Below, in pieces: positions 10,423 to 19,090 of a stretch of DNA of 64,000 bases (its first letter is position 1; each line of letters opens with the position of its first letter). Under the pieces are notes generated by a model. The model saw only the letters and a list, made by a program, of their open reading frames with translations. It was not told where the DNA came from and ran no database searches. This DNA comes from Candidatus Cloacimonadota bacterium (lineage in GTDB: Bacteria; Cloacimonadota; Cloacimonadia; JGIOTU-2), in assembly GCA_049903315.1 (NCBI GenBank), contig JBNGBT010000006.1, positions 128,001-192,000 on the forward strand, read 5' to 3'. A program made the translations under genes and the position numbers.

Positions 10423-12102
10423 ATGTTGAAAAAAATTACTGGTTTACAATTAACGCTAAAGTATACCGTTTCTTTACTCGTGCTACTATTAATTTCATCA
10501 TTCCTCTATGCGCAAACGCCTGACTGGCAATGGGCCGTAGGTGCTGGAGGTAGTCAGAATGATATAGGCAATAAAATCTGTATTGATAACTTGGATAATT
10601 GCTACGTGACAGGAAGCTTTAGTGGAACTGCAAATTTTGGAACTCACTCTATAACCAGTAGTGGTGGGAGTGATATTTTTGCTGCGAAATGTGATAATAA
10701 TGGTAATTGGTTGTGGGCTGCGAGCGCTGGAGGTCCGAGTCTCTATGATTCAGGACAAGATATTGCAGTGGATCCAAACGGAAATGTATATGTGGTTGGT
10801 TATTTTCAAGAAACAGCCAATTTTGGCTCCTATTCTGTTACCAGCAATGGTGGGAATGATATGTTTGTTGCTAAATTAGATGTTGATGGAAATTGGAAAT
10901 GGGCAAAAAGTGCAGGAAGTGCGAATTACGATTCCGGACTTTCAATTTCTGTTGATGATAATTGTAATATTTATACCACCGGCTTTTATTATGATACTGT
11001 TAATTTCGGAACCTACTCTATTACAAGTTCAGCATGGTCTGATGTATTTGTAGCGAAACTAGATCATAATGGGAATTGGCAATGGGCATCAAGTGGTGGT
11101 GGTGATGGATCCGATGATGGACGGGGAATTATTGCAAATAATACAGGAAGCTGTTATGTGTGCGGAGATATTGCAGGTACTGCTGCCAATTTTGGAACAC
11201 ATTCGGTTGTTACGAACGGTTCTGCTGATGCTTTTATTGCCAAAATCGATACTGATGGAAACTGGGAATTGGCAGCGAGTGGTGGTGGTTCGGAATGGGA
11301 TACTGGCTATGCAGTCGATATTGATGGAATGGAAAATTCTTATGTAACCGGTCGTTTTGCGTCCACTGCAACATTTGGATCATCGACTATTACAAGCTAT
11401 GGTGATAATGACATGTTTATAGCCAAACTCGGTCAAGACGGAAATTGGCAATGGGCGAAAAATGCCGGAAGTATACAGAAAGATGAAGGTTATGACGTTG
11501 CGACAGATGCAGGTGGCGGTTGTTTTTTAACTGGATTTTTCCAGGATACAATTTATTTTGGAGTGCTGAGCTTGATGGGATGGTCAGAAAGAAATATTTT
11601 TACAGCTAAGATTGATGCTGACGGGAACTGGGAATGGGCAGATGGCGCAGGAGGCAGCTGTGGAGATGAGTGGGACGAAGGTCACGGTATTGCATTAAAT
11701 AATAGGGGTACATGTAAGGTAACTGGTCAGTTTTATGATACAGTTTATATTGGAATGCTTCATGTTTCAAGTAGCGGTTCTGCAGATATATTTGTCGCGA
11801 ATATGGAAATTCAAGTAGATGCAGATCAGGAAGTAAATAATCCGTTATCTTCAATAAGTATTCAACCTAATCCAGCTAAACGTCATGCATCTATTAGTTA
11901 TTCAATAGATCAAGTAACTCCAGTTTCTTTAGAAATCTACAATCTCAAAGGACAGCTAGTCGAAACATTGCTCGATGATAATTTGCAAGCTGGCGATCAT
12001 ACCGTCGCGTGGCATTGCCAGAATGTTCCGGCAGGGATATATTTTCTGAAAATGATTGCAGGAAATGAAGAAAGCATAAGGAAGATGATTTTGTTGAGAT
12101 AA
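10423..12102 (+). CDS. Secreted SBBP-type beta-propeller repeat protein with C-terminal T9SS-like sorting domain (tandem paralogue)
   Basis: Same architecture as 8607-10265. AAGGAG RBS before the ATG at 10423. Confidence 0.85.
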   Translation: MLKKITGLQLTLKYTVSLLVLLLISSFLYAQTPDWQWAVGAGGSQNDIGNKICIDNLDNCYVTGSFSGTANFGTHSITSSGGSDIFAAKCDNNGNWLWAASAGGPSLYDSGQDIAVDPNGNVYVVGYFQETANFGSYSVTSNGGNDMFVAKLDVDGNWKWAKSAGSANYDSGLSISVDDNCNIYTTGFYYDTVNFGTYSITSSAWSDVFVAKLDHNGNWQWASSGGGDGSDDGRGIIANNTGSCYVCGDIAGTAANFGTHSVVTNGSADAFIAKIDTDGNWELAASGGGSEWDTGYAVDIDGMENSYVTGRFASTATFGSSTITSYGDNDMFIAKLGQDGNWQWAKNAGSIQKDEGYDVATDAGGGCFLTGFFQDTIYFGVLSLMGWSERNIFTAKIDADGNWEWADGAGGSCGDEWDEGHGIALNNRGTCKVTGQFYDTVYIGMLHVSSSGSADIFVANMEIQVDADQEVNNPLSSISIQPNPAKRHASISYSIDQVTPVSLEIYNLKGQLVETLLDDNLQAGDHTVAWHCQNVPAGIYFLKMIAGNEESIRKMILLR

Positions 12103-12120
12103 ATTCAATATACATTTATT

Positions 12121-12188
12121 AAGGACTGTTGTCGGAATAGTGCGAGAGCACCCGGGAAGTATTTCGCGACGGTCCTTTCTTTATTTAT
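12121..12188 (+). terminator. Long stem-loop after the second propeller gene, probable terminator
   Basis: AAGGACTGTTG(T)CGGAATA pairs with TATTTCGCGACGGTCCTT and is followed by TCTTTATTT. Confidence 0.5.
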
Positions 12189-12292
12189 GATATTCAAAAT
12201 CCATCTTTACGACGGGATAAACCTGTCTCTACTCTTTTTTCTTTTTTATCATTTTCTTATTCTCATTTTCCTCATCTCTCTTCACTCCACTC

Positions 12293-12356
12293 TTTTCAAC
12301 TTTTCAACCTTATAACCTTCCAACCTTTACACTTTCTCACTTTCTAACCTTTACAC
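12293..12356. repeat. Degenerate 8-bp tandem repeat (8 units, YTTnnMAC)
   Basis: ttttcaac ttttcaac cttataac cttccaac ctttacac tttctcac tttctaac ctttacac, inside a 150-nt G-free tract (12226-12375). Confidence 0.8.
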
Positions 12357-12447
12357 TCAATTTTTATAAATCCTTGACGGACGATTTGACATTTAAAATT
12401 TTTTTCCCTATTATATAAAAAATCAATATAAGGAGAGTTCATTCATT

Positions 12448-13410
12448 ATGATCAAGGTTCAAAATCTCACAAAGGATTACGGACACTTGCGTGCGGTGGA
12501 TAACATCTCATTCACCATACCAAAGAGCGGGATCATTGGAATTCTCGGTCCAAATGGCGCGGGAAAAACAACCACACTCAAGATGATGACCTGCTTTATG
12601 CCTCCTACAGAAGGAACTGTGTTCATAGATGACAAGAACATCTATCAGAATTCAGTTGAGATCCGCAAAATGATCGGATACCTTCCGGAGGGCTGTCCTA
12701 TTTACACAGAGATGAATGTTGTTGATTTTCTCTATTTTATAGCAGAATTGCGCGATATTCCAAAAGATTCTGTGAACAGTAGAGTAAAAGAAATGATCGC
12801 ATCCTGCGGCTTGGAAGAAGTTGTGGGAAAAGAGATCGGGGAGTTATCAAAAGGATACAGGCAGCGTGTCGGGCTTGCTGCTGCACTCATTCATGACCCG
12901 GAAATTCTTATCCTGGACGAGCCCACTTCCGGTCTCGATCCTAACCAGATCGCTGAAATACGATCACTTATTAAACAGCTTGGAAAAGAAAAAACAGTAC
13001 TTGTCTCCACTCATATTCTCAGTGAAGTGGAAGCGATTTGCGAGCGCGTGATCATTATCGACAGAGGAAAGATCGTTGCCGACGCATCGCTCCAGGAAAT
13101 TCAAAACTCTTTCCACAATCAGAACAGGATCTATTTTGAAATCCAATCTAAAAAAGATGCAGATATCCTCCCGGAATTTGAAGCGATAGCAGGTGTCGAA
13201 AGCTTGCAACTCTTCAGCAAGCACGAAGACGAACTCATCACAAAATTCTTCATCAATTATTCCAAAGATATGGATATTCGTCCGGCATTGTATAATTTCA
13301 TTAAAAAGAACAAGGATTGGACAATTCTTGAAATGAGAACAGAACAGCATAGTCTGGAAGATATCTTCAGACAACTGACGGAAAAAGGAGAGGAGGTCGC
13401 ACATGCATAA
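12448..13410 (+). CDS. ABC transporter ATP-binding protein, GldA-like
   Basis: GPNGAGKTT, LSKGYRQRVGLA, ILDEPTSGLDPNQ, STHILSEV. Confidence 0.92.
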   Translation: MIKVQNLTKDYGHLRAVDNISFTIPKSGIIGILGPNGAGKTTTLKMMTCFMPPTEGTVFIDDKNIYQNSVEIRKMIGYLPEGCPIYTEMNVVDFLYFIAELRDIPKDSVNSRVKEMIASCGLEEVVGKEIGELSKGYRQRVGLAAALIHDPEILILDEPTSGLDPNQIAEIRSLIKQLGKEKTVLVSTHILSEVEAICERVIIIDRGKIVADASLQEIQNSFHNQNRIYFEIQSKKDADILPEFEAIAGVESLQLFSKHEDELITKFFINYSKDMDIRPALYNFIKKNKDWTILEMRTEQHSLEDIFRQLTEKGEEVAHA

Positions 13411-14119
13411 CATCATGACCATCGCAAAACGTGAAATCAAGAGCTATTTCTTTACTCCTGTTGCGTACATTCTTATGACCTTTTTTCTGCTCATTACCGG
13501 CTGGTTTTTTGCATCAGAGCTCTTCCTTGTCAACGAAGCAACAATGCGAAATATTTTTTCACTCACTCCGCTTATCTTCATTTTCTTTATTCCTGCAGTT
13601 ACCATGCGCTCGATCTCGGAAGAAAAACGCTCAGGCACGATCGAACTGATATGTACATCTCCTGTGAAGGACTCGCAGATCGTACTCGGAAAATTCTTTG
13701 CTGCATTGTCGCTTCTTGTTGCAACTATTTTCTCGACAGTAATATATGTAATTATACTTCTCATTCTCGGCAAACCGGACGGAGGGGTGATCGTCGCAGG
13801 ATATATAGGTTTGCTTTTTATGGGATCCGCATATGCTGCGATCGGTATTTTTGCAAGCACGATCTCAAAGAACCAGATCGTATCCTTCATGGTGTCTTTC
13901 TTCATCATTATGATTTTGTACCTGCTTGATAAATTCATGTATTTCATTCCCACATGGCTCGGTTCGATTCTTCAATACATCAGTGTTGACTATCATTTTC
14001 AGAATATTGCACGCGGCGTGATCGATTCGCGCGATATCATATATTACCTCTCACTGATCTTCATATTTCTCTTCTTTGCCTGGAATTCACTCACCAAACG
14101 AAAATATCTCTCAAAGTAG
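13403..14119 (+). CDS. ABC-2 type permease, GldF-like
   Basis: IAKREIKSYF, TMRSISEEKRSGTIELI, IVLGKF, RGVIDSRD, six TM segments. Confidence 0.88.
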   Translation: MHNIMTIAKREIKSYFFTPVAYILMTFFLLITGWFFASELFLVNEATMRNIFSLTPLIFIFFIPAVTMRSISEEKRSGTIELICTSPVKDSQIVLGKFFAALSLLVATIFSTVIYVIILLILGKPDGGVIVAGYIGLLFMGSAYAAIGIFASTISKNQIVSFMVSFFIIMILYLLDKFMYFIPTWLGSILQYISVDYHFQNIARGVIDSRDIIYYLSLIFIFLFFAWNSLTKRKYLSK

Positions 14120-14132
14120 AAAGGAGCACATC

Positions 14133-15698
14133 ATGGGAAAATTAAACAATACATCAAAAATAATTTTAGTGTTCGTGATAGTGGTTCTTATTAACCTTAT
14201 TTCTCTCTACCTTTTTACAAGATTAGATCTCACTGCAGACAGACGATTTTCTATCTCAAATTATAGTAAAGAACTGGTAAGAAATCTCGATGATAAGTTT
14301 ACCATAAAATGTTACTTTTCTAATGATATTCCCTATCCCTACAACACTATCCGCAGGGATGTGAAAGATAAACTCGAGGAATTTAAGGCATTTGCAAGCA
14401 GATATTTCCAGTTTGAATTCGTCAAAGCTGAAGATGAAGAGAATTTGGCGCTGGATGCACGAAATTTTGGCATACCGGAAATCCAACTCAACACAATTGA
14501 GAACGATCAGATACAGATAAAAAAGGTCGTGATGGGAATGGTCTTCATGTATGAAGATAAAACAGAAGTGCTTCCTATCGTGCAGGATACAAGAAACTTG
14601 GAGTATGAGATCGCTTCAAAGATGAACAAGCTGATCAAAGTAGCACTCCCCACTGTTGCATTTCTGCAGGGACATGATGAGATCCTCTTCCCGGATAAGA
14701 TGCAGAAGATCCAGCAGATGCTTCAGGCAAACTATAATCTGAAACCTGTAAATCTGAAAGAAGATCCAGCTGGTTTGAATGATACTGAAATTCTCGTGAT
14801 TGCAGGACCCAAAACCGTCATTCCCGATGATGAGAAATATCTCATCGACCAGTTCATTATGTCTGGGAAAAAGGTGATGTTCCTTATGGATAATATTCAG
14901 GCAGACATCAATACCGGACAGGCAACTTTCTATGAGAATGATATGAACGACTGGTTCAAGAATTACGGATTCGAGATCAAACGAAACCTGATATTCGACA
15001 TGAAATGTTCATCTATACAGGTACGCCAGCAATACCAGGGCGGATATAGTATCAGTTATATACAATATCCTTTCATACTTGATCTGGCAGATTTGAACAG
15101 GGATAATATCATAGTAAAAGATCTGAAATCCCTCATGATGGCGTTTGCGAGCTCAGTAGAAACATCCAGTGTTGAGAATGACAGTTTAGATGTGACATGG
15201 CTCGCACAAACTTCGGAGCGATGCGGCACACAGGTCGGCACTCTGAATATTAATCTTCAATACAAGATACCTCTCAATCAATATAATAGAGCTCATCTGC
15301 CTGTTGCTGCAATCCTGATGGGTAAATATAACAGTTATTTTGCAGAAAGGGGTATGCCCGACAGCATCGATACATCTGGCTTTATGAAAACTGGTATGAC
15401 TTCACGCATACTTGCTGCAGGGAATGCAAGCTTCATTATGGATGATTTTGCAAACCAGAATAACGCAACTTTCTTTGCCAATGTTGTGGACTGGATGGCT
15501 CAGGAAAAAGGACTGATTGAGATTCGTTCCAAAAATATTGCGTCCCGTCAACTCAAAGAAGTGTCTGACGGCTCGAAAGGAACGATTAAATTCATCGCTG
15601 TACTCCTTCCTCCAATCCTTGTGATCCTGATCGGCATTCTTTTCTGGCGTCTCAAAAAAGCTCGATATGCACGAATTCAGCGTTATATGGGGGTGTAG
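14133..15698 (+). CDS. GldG-like ABC transporter auxiliary component
   Basis: N- and C-terminal TM anchors, RLDLT..RFSIS, LEYEIAS, FLQGHDE, IDQFIMSG, NVVDWM. AAGGAG RBS before the ATG at 14133. Confidence 0.85.
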   Translation: MGKLNNTSKIILVFVIVVLINLISLYLFTRLDLTADRRFSISNYSKELVRNLDDKFTIKCYFSNDIPYPYNTIRRDVKDKLEEFKAFASRYFQFEFVKAEDEENLALDARNFGIPEIQLNTIENDQIQIKKVVMGMVFMYEDKTEVLPIVQDTRNLEYEIASKMNKLIKVALPTVAFLQGHDEILFPDKMQKIQQMLQANYNLKPVNLKEDPAGLNDTEILVIAGPKTVIPDDEKYLIDQFIMSGKKVMFLMDNIQADINTGQATFYENDMNDWFKNYGFEIKRNLIFDMKCSSIQVRQQYQGGYSISYIQYPFILDLADLNRDNIIVKDLKSLMMAFASSVETSSVENDSLDVTWLAQTSERCGTQVGTLNINLQYKIPLNQYNRAHLPVAAILMGKYNSYFAERGMPDSIDTSGFMKTGMTSRILAAGNASFIMDDFANQNNATFFANVVDWMAQEKGLIEIRSKNIASRQLKEVSDGSKGTIKFIAVLLPPILVILIGILFWRLKKARYARIQRYMGV

Positions 15699-15740
15699 GA
15701 TGAAAAACAGAAAATTCAGCATTCACAAGGAGGAGCTCAA

Positions 15741-16655
15741 ATGAAGAAATCTTTGATCTGGCTCATAGTCATTGTCGTTTTACTTGCAATCATATATTTC
15801 GTGATAAAAGGTTTTGAGCCCAAACTTGAGCGAGGTGAGGATTCTGGATTTGCGGGATTCACAAAAGATGGTGTCACAAAGATTGAGATCACAAGTCCAA
15901 CTGGAGAAAATGATGTCACTCTCCAAAGAGATGATATTTGGGAGATCAGCTATCCGATTGAATATTCAGCTGACGAAAAAGCCATTGAAAGACTCATAAA
16001 AACTCTCACTGATATGAACTTTATTACTATTGTTTCTGAAAATCCAGAGAAGCAGGACATCTTTGAAGTAACTCAGGAAACAGGCCGTGATATTAAGGTG
16101 TACAAGGGAGATGTGCCGGTGCTTCATTTCTTTGTTGGTAAAACTGATCAGTCAAGAATGAATACCTATATCAGAGAAGCAAATTCGGATAAAGTTTTTG
16201 CAGTTCATGGAAATCTTACGTATACATTTAATCGTCCAGTTGACCAGTGGCGGGATATGTCGATCGTAAGCATTCCGGAAAATGATCTTCAACAGCTTGA
16301 GGTTGCATGGGGAGATACCACTGTCGTGTACACACTCATAGATACATTGTGGTCAATCGTACAGGATGATGAGTATATGGAGCTGCACCAGAAAAAGCTT
16401 TCCTCGATAATAAAGGCGTTCTCGCCATTGCGCGCTTCCGGATTCCAGGATGAACCGGTAGAACTTGATTGGAAAAATCCGGATGTTGTTTTGTATATTC
16501 GTTCATTAAGTGGTCCTGAATATGTATGCAGATTCATCGAAAAGGATGATAAGCAGTATTATGCAAAACAGGATGATTTCGAGCAGGTGTTCCTTGTCTC
16601 GAAATATACCGCTGATAGGTTTATGAAGAAGTATTCTGATTATCAAAATATGTAA
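15741..16655 (+). CDS. DUF4340-like membrane-anchored periplasmic protein
   Basis: N-terminal anchor, W...P..Y.AD and WRD motifs, and the usual position after a GldG-like gene. Confidence 0.7.
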   Translation: MKKSLIWLIVIVVLLAIIYFVIKGFEPKLERGEDSGFAGFTKDGVTKIEITSPTGENDVTLQRDDIWEISYPIEYSADEKAIERLIKTLTDMNFITIVSENPEKQDIFEVTQETGRDIKVYKGDVPVLHFFVGKTDQSRMNTYIREANSDKVFAVHGNLTYTFNRPVDQWRDMSIVSIPENDLQQLEVAWGDTTVVYTLIDTLWSIVQDDEYMELHQKKLSSIIKAFSPLRASGFQDEPVELDWKNPDVVLYIRSLSGPEYVCRFIEKDDKQYYAKQDDFEQVFLVSKYTADRFMKKYSDYQNM

Positions 16656-16680
16656 GAATATACTTTAATAAATATAATAA

Positions 16681-16714
16681 AGACCTTTGAGTTTTGCTCG
16701 AGGGTCTTTTTTTT
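16681..16714 (+). terminator. Rho-independent terminator
   Basis: AGACCTTTGAG-tttt-gCTCGAGGGTCT followed by a T-run. Confidence 0.8.
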
Positions 16715-16860
16715 GCCACGAAGGCACGAAGACACAAAGCAAACTCAGCAATATAATCTTTGCCACGAAGACACAAATAAATAAAAATTTCTCTGACTAC
16801 TAAACAGGGGCTTGGTAACGAGAATTGAGAGGGTATGACAAGATTGCGGGGAATTGGATG

Positions 16861-17196
16861 CTAAGAAAACAAAAACAAAATAACGCCAACTGCTCCACGG
16901 ACTACACCGATAGATGCGACAAATATGTAGAACCAGTTCGCATCAGGAAGATGCATATAGGTCAACACCATAATGATTGCGACTATGATACCTTCGTAGC
17001 TATTTGATTTTTGTAAAAGCGATTCTTCACGCTCATCTGGTTTATACTTTGCCTGCACAAGTATCAGGGCTATCAGGAAGGGAATAAAGCCGATTATGAC
17101 ACCGTAAATATCGTACTTCACACACGCGAAATACGTAAGGATCCCGGAAAGGAACTGGATCACGAACATAAGAATGTAATTGCCTTTAATTTTCAT
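16861..17196 (-). CDS. Small hypothetical membrane protein (about 4 TM)
   Basis: Hydrophobic 111 aa with a PDERE motif. Overlaps the end of the upstream XRE regulator. Confidence 0.7.
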   Translation of the reverse strand: MKIKGNYILMFVIQFLSGILTYFACVKYDIYGVIIGFIPFLIALILVQAKYKPDEREESLLQKSNSYEGIIVAIIMVLTYMHLPDANWFYIFVASIGVVRGAVGVILFLFS

Positions 17197-17404
17197 TGTT
17201 GTTCTCCTTATTTAGATAAAAAATTTCTTCGACAGTTGTGTTAAAAAATGCAGCAATTTTTAACGCCGAGTGCACTGAGGGAATAAATTTTCCCCTTTCG
17301 ATTGAATGAATTGTCTGCCTGCTCAATTCAACCGATTTCCCGAGCTCGTCTTGAGTGATATCAAACTTAGCTCTCCAAACTTTCAAATGATTTCCGATTT
17401 TCAT
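17186..17404 (-). CDS. XRE-family helix-turn-helix regulator
   Basis: NHLKVWRAKFDITQDELG..V..SRQTIHSIERGKFIPS..ALKIAAFF...VEEIF. Confidence 0.92.
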   Translation of the reverse strand: MKIGNHLKVWRAKFDITQDELGKSVELSRQTIHSIERGKFIPSVHSALKIAAFFNTTVEEIFYLNKENNNEN

Positions 17405-17656
17405 TTTATCTCCTTGGTGTCAGATGAAAAGTCTACATGATATTATGTCAAGTATAATTTACAATTTATAATGTGTAACGTACCTCATCGTTCAAGATAG
17501 ATGCGAATTATCTCTTCCTTCATTTGTGATTGAAGAACGGATTTTCGATATGGGATGATGCTGATTGGTCAAACTTCTTGACAGAACAATGAATAAAAAA
17601 AAGAGAAAATTGTAAGGAAGAAAATAAATAGTATCAGAGAATATTCTGTTAAGGAA

Positions 17657-18127
17657 ATGAACATGTTTAGAGAAATGAGAAGACAGGACAGGAAAATAAA
17701 TACCAAAGAAGCCCAAAAGTTATTAACAAATGCTGAATATGGCATACTCTCAACTATCAATGCAGACGACTATCCATATGGAGTGCCGGTTCATTTTGTT
17801 TTCAAAAACGAAGCAATATACATTCACTGCGCAGCAGAAGGTCAAAAACTGGATAATATTACGAAAAATCCAAAAGTCTCATTTTGTGTGGTTGGTCAAA
17901 CAGAAGTTGTACCAGATGAATTTACTGCAAATTATACAAGTGTTATTTTATTTGGAAAAGCTGAATTGATAAAAGGTAACGAAAAGCATGATGCGCTGGT
18001 TTTGATACTGGAAAAATATTCACCGGATTATATGCATAAGGGAGAAGAACTGATTGCGAAAGCAAAGGATGAAGTTGCAGTCATTAAAATTTCGATCGAG
18101 CATATGAGTGGAAAAGCACGAAGGTAA
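17657..18127 (+). CDS. Pyridoxamine 5'-phosphate oxidase-like FMN-binding protein (NimA-like)
   Basis: MRRQDR, YPYGVPVHF, IYIHCA.EG.KLDNI..NPKVSFCV, YTSVILFG, SGK. Confidence 0.88.
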   Translation: MNMFREMRRQDRKINTKEAQKLLTNAEYGILSTINADDYPYGVPVHFVFKNEAIYIHCAAEGQKLDNITKNPKVSFCVVGQTEVVPDEFTANYTSVILFGKAELIKGNEKHDALVLILEKYSPDYMHKGEELIAKAKDEVAVIKISIEHMSGKARR

Positions 18128-18146
18128 ATGTAAGTAAATTTTTATA

Positions 18147-19034
18147 TCAAGGCGTTATAAGCTGTATCCTATGGGGTAAAATCTTCACATAGATGTTCTT
18201 TTTATCCTTGATAAGTGGTATCTCACCATCAAGATAGAGCGGCAGGTCGCGCTGAGCTTCAATAAAAATTTCTTTACCCCTGTAGAGGTGAGCTGCAGAA
18301 AGTTCCGTATGCGTTCCCTTCACTGCTTTGGGAATGAACTTCAGTATTTTTCTTCGTGAGAGTTTATCAATTATACAAAAGTCGAATTCCTCATCATCTA
18401 TCTTGGCATCGGGCGTGAGGTAAAATTGTCCGCCGCAGCAGATACCGTTTCCTACAGTAACAAAAAGTGCATCCTGCGTAAAAGTTTCACCATTTATGGT
18501 AAGTGTCACATAATAGCTGTCTTTTCTGATGAGGGCTTTCATCACGGCATACATGTAGCCTGGGAATCCGTTGAGCCATTTGTTTTTTATATAAGAGATC
18601 GCAACCTGTGCATCGAAACCGACCCCGAGTGTATTAATGAAATAATAATCCTCCACCTGCCCGATATCGACACATTTTACATGATGATTCTTGATTACTT
18701 CTATGATGTCATGCAATTTATGAGGGAGATCCAGGTTTTTTGCAAAATCATTTCCGCCGCCAATTGGGATAATGCCAAGATTCACATTTTCAGGATAGCC
18801 GGACTTCATAATGCCATTAACCACTTCATTGATTGTGCCGTCGCCGCCAGCTGCAATAATATTTTCCACTCCCTGAACAACGGCTTCGTGTGCAAAATCT
18901 ATTGCCTGTCGGGAGCAATCCGTTAGTACCAGCTCGTAGGGCATATTGAATTTTTTGAAATAGTGCTCGATCGTGCGGACACTCTTGAATGCTTTTCCTT
19001 TTCCAGCAAATGGATTCAGTATTATTTTATACAT
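18147..19034 (-). CDS. Diacylglycerol/lipid kinase family protein (YegS/DagK-like)
   Basis: ILNPFAG, AGGDGTINEVVNG, IPIGGGNDFA, GFDA, LDGE. Confidence 0.92.
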   Translation of the reverse strand: MYKIILNPFAGKGKAFKSVRTIEHYFKKFNMPYELVLTDCSRQAIDFAHEAVVQGVENIIAAGGDGTINEVVNGIMKSGYPENVNLGIIPIGGGNDFAKNLDLPHKLHDIIEVIKNHHVKCVDIGQVEDYYFINTLGVGFDAQVAISYIKNKWLNGFPGYMYAVMKALIRKDSYYVTLTINGETFTQDALFVTVGNGICCGGQFYLTPDAKIDDEEFDFCIIDKLSRRKILKFIPKAVKGTHTELSAAHLYRGKEIFIEAQRDLPLYLDGEIPLIKDKKNIYVKILPHRIQLITP

Positions 19035-19090
19035 TATTATTCTCCATACAATACCATGTTTCGGAATTTGTTGAGATCAAACAAAAAAAA

